Shown: positions 56,926 through 64,000 of the stretch, one piece after another | Position numbering within the stretch: the first letter of the stretch is position 1 | Layout: each line of letters opens with the position of its first letter | Origin: Eubacteriales bacterium | GTDB lineage: Bacteria; Bacillota; Clostridia; Oscillospirales; CAG-272 | Assembly (NCBI GenBank): GCA_045588245.1 | Contig: JAZNDW010000036.1 | Span: forward strand, 8,068-72,067 | Direction: 5' to 3' | DNA length: 64,000 nucleotides | The notes under the pieces: generated by a model | Told to the model about the DNA's origin: nothing | What the model saw: only the letters and a program-made list of their open reading frames with translations | The model's database searches: none | Program-made: the position numbers and the translations under genes

Positions 56926-58242
56926 GTGCAGGTAAAGGCTGTTAAATTCGGAGGTTCTTCGCTTTCTGACGCAGAACAGTTCCGTAAAGTTTATAATATA
57001 ATCAAATCGGACGAAAGCCGCAGATACGTTGTGGCATCGGCTCCGGGCAAACGTTATCCCGAAGACACAAAGGTCACGGATATGTTCTACGCTTGCTATG
57101 ATATGGCACTCGCAGGCCTTGACATTGACCCATTCTTCGAAGGAATCAAGAAAAGATTTAATTCTATCATTGATGAGCTCGGCTTGTCGCTCGATCTTTC
57201 CGAAGAATACGAAAAGATCAAAACATCGCTCCGCCGCCGTGCGGGACGCGATTACGCGGCATCTCGCGGTGAATATTTGAACTCGATAATCTTGGCTGAG
57301 TATCTCGGCTACGATTTCATCAACGCATCTGAGGTCATATTCTTTAACGAGGACGGCTCTTTTGACGAAGACCGCACCAACCGCGTTTTGTCAGGTGTGC
57401 TCAAGCGTCACGAACGCGTCGTTATCCCCGGTTTTTACGGTGCTATGCCCAACGATACGATAAAGACGTTCTCACGCGGCGGTTCCGACATCACGGGTTC
57501 TATCGTTGCCCGTGCCGCCAACGCTATGATTTACGAAAACTGGACGGACGTATCCGGCTTTCTTATGGCTGATCCGAGAATCGTAAAAGATCCGCTCGGC
57601 ATCGAAACGGTAACGTACCGCGAGCTTCGTGAGCTTTCCTACATGGGTGCAGGCGTGCTTCACGAAGACAGCGTTTTCCCCGTAAGATTTGCGGGAATAC
57701 CGATCAATATCAGAAACACCAACCGACCCGAAGATAAAGGCACGATGATCGTCGCCTCTACCGACAAGCACGATAAAAAGCACGTTATCACAGGTCTTGC
57801 AGGTAAGAAGCATTTCTCCGTCATACGTATCGAAAAAGATAAAATGGCATATCAGAAAGGTATGCTCCACCGCATAATCGAAATACTCGATTATCACGGT
57901 GTTCATGCCGAGCATATCCCGTCCGGTATCGACACGATGTCTATCGTTGCAGACACCGCTCAGCTTGAAGGAAAATACGAGATCATCACCGAATCGATAA
58001 CACGAGCCGTTACACCCGATTTTATGATAATTGAGGACGGTCTTGCGCTCATCGCCGTCGTTGGCCGCGGCATGGTACGCTCCAAAGGTACTGCGGCACG
58101 CGTATTCAAAGCTGTTGCAAATGCGGGAATAAATATCCGTATGATCGACCAAGGCTCCTGTGAGCTTAACATTATTGTCGGTGTCGATGCGTCGGATTTC
58201 GAAAATGCTTTGTGCGCAATTTACAAGGAATTTGTAAAATAA
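56926..58242 (+). CDS. Aspartate kinase (monofunctional, with C-terminal ACT domains)
   Basis: GTG start. It has VKFGGSSLSD, SRGGSDITGS and a C-terminal ACT-like region, LIAVVGRGM. Confidence 0.88.
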   Translation: MQVKAVKFGGSSLSDAEQFRKVYNIIKSDESRRYVVASAPGKRYPEDTKVTDMFYACYDMALAGLDIDPFFEGIKKRFNSIIDELGLSLDLSEEYEKIKTSLRRRAGRDYAASRGEYLNSIILAEYLGYDFINASEVIFFNEDGSFDEDRTNRVLSGVLKRHERVVIPGFYGAMPNDTIKTFSRGGSDITGSIVARAANAMIYENWTDVSGFLMADPRIVKDPLGIETVTYRELRELSYMGAGVLHEDSVFPVRFAGIPINIRNTNRPEDKGTMIVASTDKHDKKHVITGLAGKKHFSVIRIEKDKMAYQKGMLHRIIEILDYHGVHAEHIPSGIDTMSIVADTAQLEGKYEIITESITRAVTPDFMIIEDGLALIAVVGRGMVRSKGTAARVFKAVANAGINIRMIDQGSCELNIIVGVDASDFENALCAIYKEFVK

Positions 58243-58267
58243 GCCGATTTTTGTACGTTTATCCCAA

Positions 58268-58296
58268 TTGACATGATTGGCGCGACAATGTATAAT
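58268..58296 (+). promoter_or_regulatory. Sigma-A promoter driving the T-box leader
   Basis: TTGACA (58268-58273), 17-nt spacer, TATAAT (58291-58296). Confidence 0.7.
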
Positions 58297-58310
58297 ATTC
58301 GCATAAATAA

Positions 58311-58612
58311 GCTTTGATGGAGAAAACGGTACTCAATATGCCGGCACAGAGAATGGATCCGCACCGAACGGTGTGCGCTGGAAGATCCTGCGGCAGACGT
58401 GTATCGACTCACTCCGGAGCTCGTCAAGGAACGGATATATATCTCATTAGACTGACGCGGAAGCCCTCCGTTATCACAGGGCAAGTCATCGCTTCCATTA
58501 AGCCGTGACCGTTGAGCTGCATCCCTATTCGGATGAACGCGGGTGGTACCGCGCGGCATTTTTGAAAGCTGCGTCCCGTATCGTAAGATCTACGATACGG
58601 GACTTTTTATTT
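58311..58612 (+). promoter_or_regulatory. T-box riboswitch leader (tRNA-sensing transcription attenuator), apparent specifier CUC (Leu)
   Basis: Stem I has a GA/K-turn base (GAUGGAG / CUCCGGAGC), an AGAGA bulge (58348-58352) and a distal GCUGGAA. The specifier loop reads GA-CUC-A (CUC = 58408-58410). The F-box is CCGUUA. The T-box core is GGGUGGUACCGCG (58541-58553). The antiterminator competes with a 13-bp terminator (58573-58603) followed by U5. Confidence 0.85.
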
Positions 58613-58638
58613 TCTCAAATCAAAAAAGGAGAAACACA

Positions 58639-60303
58639 ATGGAATTTTTGAACTACACCCTCGGCGCATGGATGGACAAAATAGCGGCGGAATATCCCGA
58701 CCAACCTGCCGTTGTTTACACCCATAAATTTGACTACAAGCGCACCTATCGCACCTTCAACGAAGAATGCGACAAGATCGCAAAGTCATTTCTCGCCATC
58801 GGCATCAAACGCGGCGACCACGTAGCTATCTGGGCAACAAACTATCCGCAGTGGATGCTCACCCTTTTCGCTTGCGCTAAGATCGGTGCTGTGCTCGTAA
58901 CCGTTAATACTGCATATAAGATCCACGAAGCTGAATATCTGCTCAAGCAGTCCGATACAAAGGTGCTCGTTATGAGCACGGGGCTGAAAGACGTCAACTA
59001 CGTTGACATCGTGAACCGTCTGTGCCCCGAATTTGCCGAGGAGCCCGAGCTTCGCGAGCATAACTGCGAGCGTCTCCCCTATCTCCGCTCCGCGATCACG
59101 CTTGATGAAGAATCCTACCCCGGAATGTACAATTGGCGCGATCTTTATCCGCTCGCCGACACCGTTACCGACGAAGAATACGACGCGGCACGCCAAGGGC
59201 TTGACTGTCACGATGTCGTAAACATGCAGTACACGTCGGGCACGACGGGCTTCCCGAAGGGCGTTATGCTGACGCACTATAATATTCTCAATAACGGCAA
59301 AACGATCGGCGACCGCATGAAGTTCACAACGAACGATAAGCTCTGCATCACTGTTCCCTTCTTCCATTGTTTCGGCCTTGTGCTTGCGATGATGGCGTCC
59401 ATCACGCACGCGACGACGATGGTCCCCGTTGACCGTTACTCTCCCCGTATCGTTATGGAAGCTCTCGAACGCGAACAGTGCACCGCCGTGCACGGCGTGC
59501 CTACGATGTTCATCGGTATGCTTGAGCATCCCGATTTCAAACAGTTCAAGTTCAATCTGCGCACCGGTATCATGGCAGGCTCGCCCTGCCCGATCAAGGT
59601 CATGCAGCAGGTCGTTGACGACATGGGCATGAGCGAGATCACTATCGTTTACGGACAGACTGAGGCTTCGCCCGGATGCACGCAGACGACGACGGACGAC
59701 CCTCTCGAACGCCGCGTCAACACAGTCGGACGCTCGTTCCCCGGCGTTGAAACGAAGATCATCGACCCCGAAACGGGCGAAACGCTCGGTCCGGGCAAGA
59801 TCGGTGAGTTCTGCGCACGCGGATACAACATCATGAAAGGCTATTACAAGATGCCCGAGGCAACGGCTCAGGCAATCGATAAGGACGGGTGGCTCCACAC
59901 GGGCGACCTTGCCTGCTGTGACGAGGACGGCTACTACAAGATCACAGGCCGCATCAAAGACATGATAATCCGCGGCGGCGAAAACATCTATCCGAAGGAG
60001 ATTGAAGATTTTATCTACACACATCCGAAGGTTTCCGACGTTCAGGTCATCGGCGTACCGAGCAAAGCGTACGGCGAGGAGATCATGGCTTGCGTTATCA
60101 CAAAGGAAGGCGAAACGCTTACCGAACAGGACGTCAAGGATTACGTTCTCGCGTCAATGGCGAAGCACAAGGTTCCGAGCTACGTTATGTTCGTCCCCGC
60201 ATTCCCCATGAATGCCGCAGGCAAGATCCTCAAATATAAGCTTCGTGAAATGGCAGTTGACGAACTCAATCTGCACGAAGCGAACTTGATCGAAACCGCG
60301 TAA
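58639..60303 (+). CDS. AMP-forming acyl-CoA synthetase (ANL superfamily; medium/branched-chain fatty-acid CoA ligase-like)
   Basis: The start is re-set to ATG 58639 (AAAGGAGAAA RBS); the track ORF start lies inside the T-box. It has MQYTSGTTGFPKGVMLTH (AMP-binding P-loop), YGQTEASP, WLHTGDL and RGGENIYPKEIE. Confidence 0.88.
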   Translation: MEFLNYTLGAWMDKIAAEYPDQPAVVYTHKFDYKRTYRTFNEECDKIAKSFLAIGIKRGDHVAIWATNYPQWMLTLFACAKIGAVLVTVNTAYKIHEAEYLLKQSDTKVLVMSTGLKDVNYVDIVNRLCPEFAEEPELREHNCERLPYLRSAITLDEESYPGMYNWRDLYPLADTVTDEEYDAARQGLDCHDVVNMQYTSGTTGFPKGVMLTHYNILNNGKTIGDRMKFTTNDKLCITVPFFHCFGLVLAMMASITHATTMVPVDRYSPRIVMEALEREQCTAVHGVPTMFIGMLEHPDFKQFKFNLRTGIMAGSPCPIKVMQQVVDDMGMSEITIVYGQTEASPGCTQTTTDDPLERRVNTVGRSFPGVETKIIDPETGETLGPGKIGEFCARGYNIMKGYYKMPEATAQAIDKDGWLHTGDLACCDEDGYYKITGRIKDMIIRGGENIYPKEIEDFIYTHPKVSDVQVIGVPSKAYGEEIMACVITKEGETLTEQDVKDYVLASMAKHKVPSYVMFVPAFPMNAAGKILKYKLREMAVDELNLHEANLIETA

Positions 60304-60395
60304 GTCTCTTGCAGGAATCGGCAGTTTATTGTATAATATTTTCAGTGAAAAACAACTGACATACTGATAATCAACAGTGAAAGGCACATAAATAT

Positions 60396-61220
60396 ATGAA
60401 GCTATCATTCTCAACACTTGGATGCCCCGATTGGACGTTTTCAGAGATATTCGCCGTTGCCTCCGACCTGAAGTATGACGGAATTGAGATCCGCGGCATC
60501 GCAGATGAAATATACGCACCGAAGATCGGCGTTTTCGCAAAGAATAAGCTTGACGAAACGAAAGGAAAGCTTGACGAGGCCGGTATTGAGATCCCGATAC
60601 TGACGTCGGGCGCTTACCTTATCGGCAACGATAACATCGAAGCTTCCATCAAAGAAACGAAGGATTATATCGACCTTGCTACCGCTCTCGGCGCACCGTA
60701 TGTCCGTATGATGGGCGAGAAAACGCCCGATCCCGTCATTTCCGACATTGATCTTGACAACGTACGCAAGAATTATACCGAGCTTTGCCGCTACGCGGAC
60801 GACAACGGCGTAAAGCTTCTTATTGAAACGAACGGCTGCTTTGCCGACACAAAGCTTCTTTCCGAGTTTTATACCTCCGTTGATTCGGACGGTAAGGGCG
60901 TGCTTTGGGATATTCATCATCCCGTTCGTTATTTCAACGAAACACCTGCCGAAACGGCAAGCAACATCGGCTCGTACGTCCGTCACGTCCACGTGAAGGA
61001 CTCCGTTGTGGGAACAAACGGCAAGCTCACGTATATGCTCACAGGCTACGGCACGCTTCCCGTTGACGACTGCATCAAGGTGCTCATTCTTCTCGGCTAC
61101 GATGCTTACCTTTCTTATGAATGGGTAAAGCGTTGGTCACGCGATCTTGCCGACCCCGGCATCGCTTTCTATCAGTACCTCGATTACATGAGATACGCCG
61201 TTAAAAAGGCAAAAAAATAA
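60396..61220 (+). CDS. Xylose-isomerase-like TIM-barrel protein (sugar phosphate isomerase/epimerase family)
   Basis: It has MKLSFSTLGCPDWTF, DGIEIRG and LLIETNG. Its own TTGCAG-17 nt-TATAAT promoter lies in the 92-nt gap upstream. Confidence 0.8.
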   Translation: MKLSFSTLGCPDWTFSEIFAVASDLKYDGIEIRGIADEIYAPKIGVFAKNKLDETKGKLDEAGIEIPILTSGAYLIGNDNIEASIKETKDYIDLATALGAPYVRMMGEKTPDPVISDIDLDNVRKNYTELCRYADDNGVKLLIETNGCFADTKLLSEFYTSVDSDGKGVLWDIHHPVRYFNETPAETASNIGSYVRHVHVKDSVVGTNGKLTYMLTGYGTLPVDDCIKVLILLGYDAYLSYEWVKRWSRDLADPGIAFYQYLDYMRYAVKKAKK

Positions 61221-61228
61221 CCGTCAGC

Positions 61229-61268
61229 AAAAAAGCTCGGGGAGGCACCGATGGCGGCGCCTCCCCGT
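61229..61268 (-). terminator. Terminator of the HIT gene (also closes the convergent TIM-barrel gene)
   Basis: CGGGGAGGC / GCCTCCCCG hairpin, with T6 on the minus strand. Confidence 0.75.
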
Positions 61269-61284
61269 TAAAATGTTTATATAC

Positions 61285-61635
61285 TTATTCTTTTTCGGCA
61301 AAAACGTGTGCCGGAAGCTGTGCGCCACCGATAACGTGGAAATGCAGATGATGAACGCTCTGGCAAGCATCGGGACCGCAATTTGTGATAACGCGGTATC
61401 CGTTTTCGGCTCCGCCGAGCCCCGCGATTTTGGGAATGCACTCAAAAATGTGTGCAACAACAGCGCTGTTTTCCGCTGTCACAGCGTCAACAGACGCTAT
61501 GTGCGTCTTCGGGATAACGAGCACGTGGCAAGGCGCTTCGGGCGCGATGTCGCGGAAGGCGTAAATGAGCTCATCTTCATATACCTTCGACGAAGGAATA
61601 TCACCGGCGATTATTTTGCAAAAAAGGCAATCCAT
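61285..61635 (-). CDS. HIT-family (histidine triad) nucleotide-binding protein
   Basis: It has CLFCKIIAGDIPS and SVHHLHFHVIGG. Confidence 0.93.
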   Translation of the reverse strand: MDCLFCKIIAGDIPSSKVYEDELIYAFRDIAPEAPCHVLVIPKTHIASVDAVTAENSAVVAHIFECIPKIAGLGGAENGYRVITNCGPDACQSVHHLHFHVIGGAQLPAHVFAEKE

Positions 61636-61708
61636 ATTTTTTCTCCGTTCATTACTGTGGTTTAGTAAATCATATCACAAAAACGATAGTTTTTCAAGAG
61701 GCATAAAA

Positions 61709-62524
61709 ATGTATAAGATTTTTGACATTCATACGCATACGTACCCGGAGATACTTTCCGTTCGCGCAACGCAGAATCTCGGCAAATTTTATAATTTTCA
61801 CGTTGAGGCAAAAGGAACCGTCGCCGATCTGATGGAAGAAAGCAGGCGCGCAGGTATTTCGGGATTTCTCATCCTCGGCGTCGCAACGAACGCGCGTCAG
61901 GTGCCGCGCGTCAACGAAGCCGTTGCCGCCGACGTGAAGCGTGCGCGTGAAGCAGGCTTTGCCGCTTTCGGTTACGCAGGTATGCATCAGGACACCGTCG
62001 ATTTTTCTGCTGAACTCGATTACGCAGAATCTCTCGGTCTGTCGGGTGTGAAGCTGCACCCCGACATTCAGGGTGCCGACATCGACGACGAACGGTTCTT
62101 CCCTCTTTACCGCGAGCTGGAGGCGCGCGATCTTCCGCTTTATCTGCACATGGGCGACGACCGTGAAGAGTACCGCTACAGCATGCCCGAAAAGCTTGCG
62201 CGCGTGCTTGATATGTTCCCAAAACTGCGTGTCTTCGCGGCTCATTTCGGCGGATACAAAGCATGGGACGAGGCTGTAACACACCTGGCGGGACGTAAAA
62301 ACATTTGGTACGACACGTCCTCTGCTCTTTGGGCTATGACACCCACATGCGCGCGTTATTTGATAGACAAGCTTGGCGCGGAAAACATAATGTTCGGCAC
62401 AGACTCACCCGTCGTTCACTCGGACTCGTATCTTGATCTGTTCATGCAGATCGATCTGTCCGAAGAGGAAAGACGCGCTATCCTTTGGGATAACGCGGCA
62501 AAATTTTTCGGCATCGATGACTGA
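61709..62524 (+). CDS. Amidohydrolase-2 / TIM-barrel metal-dependent hydrolase family protein
   Basis: The start is re-set to the internal Met (MYKIFDIHTHTYPE). The coordinate is taken from the track frame and may be off by 1 nt. It has GVKLHPDIQG and IMFGTDSP. Confidence 0.75.
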   Translation: MYKIFDIHTHTYPEILSVRATQNLGKFYNFHVEAKGTVADLMEESRRAGISGFLILGVATNARQVPRVNEAVAADVKRAREAGFAAFGYAGMHQDTVDFSAELDYAESLGLSGVKLHPDIQGADIDDERFFPLYRELEARDLPLYLHMGDDREEYRYSMPEKLARVLDMFPKLRVFAAHFGGYKAWDEAVTHLAGRKNIWYDTSSALWAMTPTCARYLIDKLGAENIMFGTDSPVVHSDSYLDLFMQIDLSEEERRAILWDNAAKFFGIDD

Positions 62525-63617
62525 CGCATATTCTCTGCCCCCGATCGGTACGCCGGACGTCTGGCAGCGCATGGCAAACGAAAAAGTACCGCTTTTTATG
62601 TACGGGACGGGTAACGGTGCTGATAAAATTATCGACATAATGGAGTCGCGCGGCATCAAGTTAAACGGAATTTTCGCCTCGGACGGCTTCGTCCGAAGCC
62701 GCACCTTCCGCGGCTTCCCCGTTCGCTCGTACGGCGATATTTGCGGCGAATGCCGCGATTTTGCCGTCGTCCTTGCCTTCGGCTCGTCGCGACCCGAAGT
62801 TCTTCAAAACGTCGAAAAAATCGCCTCCGAGCGCCCCCTATACTGCCCCGACGTTCCTGCTGTCGGTGACACTCTGTTCGACAGCGCGTTTTACGACGCG
62901 CTCCGCGATGATTTTCTCACCGTTTACGATTCCTTTGCCGACGATGAGTCGCGCCGCGTCTATTGCGAGATAATCAAATATAAGCTTTCGGGCGACGTTT
63001 CGCATCTGTACGCATCGGCATCTGCAGGTGACCCCGGTGCGGACGTCTTGCGTTACGGCAAATACGAGTCCATGCTCGACCTCGGCGCTTACACAGGCGA
63101 CACCGTCAAATCGGCGATAGAGTCGATGCCGCATCTGCAACGCGTAATCGCCGTTGAACCCGACCTAAGAGCTTACAAAAAGCTGTCGGCATACGCCGAC
63201 ACGGTCGGATTCCCTCTCGTCACTCCCATAAACGCTGCCGCTTGGGATGAGGATACCACTCTAACGTTTACGTCAAACGCGAGCCGCGGCTCGACGCTCG
63301 ATTCGGGTGACCGCGCACACCGCCGCGGTGAGCGCGAAGTCAGCGTCACGGCGCTCACGCCCGACACCGCCGCCAACGGCGAGCGTATCGATTATGTCAA
63401 ATATGACGTTGAGGGCGCGGAAGCACGCGCACTTTACGGCTCACAGAGTCTTATCCGTTCGTGCTGTCCCGATATGCTCGTGTCGCTTTACCACAGAAGT
63501 GAGGACCTTTACGCACTCCCAATGCTCGTAAGAAAGCTTGCACCCGATCATAAGCTCTACCTACGCCGTGCCGTCGGTGTGCCCGCGTGGGACATAAATC
63601 TTTACGTCATACGTTAA
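62517..63617 (+). CDS. FkbM-family SAM-dependent methyltransferase
   Basis: ATG 62517 overlaps the upstream gene's end by 8 nt. It has MLDLGAYTGDT, VIAVEPD, TLTFTSN and IDYVKYDVEGAE. Confidence 0.8.
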   Translation: MTDAYSLPPIGTPDVWQRMANEKVPLFMYGTGNGADKIIDIMESRGIKLNGIFASDGFVRSRTFRGFPVRSYGDICGECRDFAVVLAFGSSRPEVLQNVEKIASERPLYCPDVPAVGDTLFDSAFYDALRDDFLTVYDSFADDESRRVYCEIIKYKLSGDVSHLYASASAGDPGADVLRYGKYESMLDLGAYTGDTVKSAIESMPHLQRVIAVEPDLRAYKKLSAYADTVGFPLVTPINAAAWDEDTTLTFTSNASRGSTLDSGDRAHRRGEREVSVTALTPDTAANGERIDYVKYDVEGAEARALYGSQSLIRSCCPDMLVSLYHRSEDLYALPMLVRKLAPDHKLYLRRAVGVPAWDINLYVIR

Positions 63618-63668
63618 CCGGCGGCACAAATACGGCAAAGACTTCATAAACTCATATTTCCGCAATAA

Positions 63669-63696
63669 CAAAAAGCACCCTATCGGGTGCTTTTTA
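63669..63696. terminator. Bidirectional terminator between the fkbM-like gene and rpsU
   Basis: GCACCC-TATC-GGGTGC hairpin flanked by A5 and T5. Confidence 0.8.
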
Positions 63697-63703
63697 TTAA
63701 TCC

Positions 63704-63880
63704 TTATTTATACTTGCGCTTTCTTGCAGCTTCGGATTTCTTCTTTTTCTTTACGCTGGGTTTCTCGTAATGCTCTCTCTTGCGGAGTTCGGCGAGGACG
63801 CCCGATCTTGCGCACTGACGCTTGAATCTACGAAGCGCACTGTCAAGAGATTCGTTTTCCTTAACTCTGATTTCTGCCAT
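63704..63880 (-). CDS. rpsU: 30S ribosomal protein S21
   Basis: The start is re-set to ATG 63880 (GAAGGGGGGGA RBS). The sequence is [42 protein letters not shown]. Confidence 0.95.
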   Translation of the reverse strand: MAEIRVKENESLDSALRRFKRQCARSGVLAELRKREHYEKPSVKKKKKSEAARKRKYK

Positions 63881-64000
63881 CTGTCTTTCCCCCCCTTCGA
63901 ATTGAGCATGAGAGCTGTAATAAACGCTCACTTGAGTATTATAGCAAAAGATTCTCCATATGTCAATAATATATTGAAATTTTATGAAATATTAGAGCGA

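Noticed and set aside
58314-58508. 64-aa plus-strand ORF, and the first 32 codons of track ORF 58543-60303
   Set aside because: Both lie inside the T-box leader, spanning Stem I through the terminator. The real CDS begins at ATG 58639 behind AAAGGAGAAA.
58786-60024. 412-aa minus-strand ORF opposite the acyl-CoA synthetase
   Set aside because: It is an antisense shadow ORF. The plus-strand frame carries the ANL signature motifs.

Overview
This 64-kb chromosomal segment looks like a Gram-positive, endospore-forming anaerobe of the class Clostridia. The taxon is an inference from gene content: spoIIGA-sigE, both GlnRS and GluRS, a Na+-decarboxylase operon and many Clostridia-type uncharacterised families. 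I can support 51 protein-coding genes. One of them (1-2130, minus strand) is absent from the ORF track because it runs off the window edge. I found no rRNA, tRNA, CRISPR array or intact mobile element. Many track ORFs carry spurious N-terminal extensions, so I re-set starts where an internal ATG/GTG has a clear Shine-Dalgarno site. Most content is housekeeping: glnS, gltX, argS, prs, yebC, trmO, the hflX-yigZ-dGTPase-dnaG-rpoD string, rpmE, rpsU, spoIIGA-sigE and aspartate kinase. Carbohydrate genes include a GH4 and a GH43 enzyme. The less-understood modules, in my order of interest, are as follows. (1) A complete T-box leader with an apparent Leu (CUC) specifier sits in front of an AMP-forming acyl-CoA synthetase. 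(2) An ABC / DUF1854 / ABC operon encodes two exporters that each carry an N-terminal cytoplasmic domain and a Cys4 zinc ribbon. (3) A five-gene biotin decarboxylase/transcarboxylase operon contains both a 12S-type and a 5S-type carboxyltransferase. (4) A MarR gene with duplicated operators precedes an ABC exporter with a His-rich tail. (5) An XRE HTH domain is fused to a 17-aa-repeat beta-helix-like domain. (6) About 1 kb of AT-rich, gene-less DNA with decayed reading frames lies between two convergent terminators. (7) A MoxR / DUF58 / DUF4129 / XpaC-like operon is present. Non-coding coordinates were read by eye and may be off by 1-2 nt. Family assignments come from motif recognition, not from searches.
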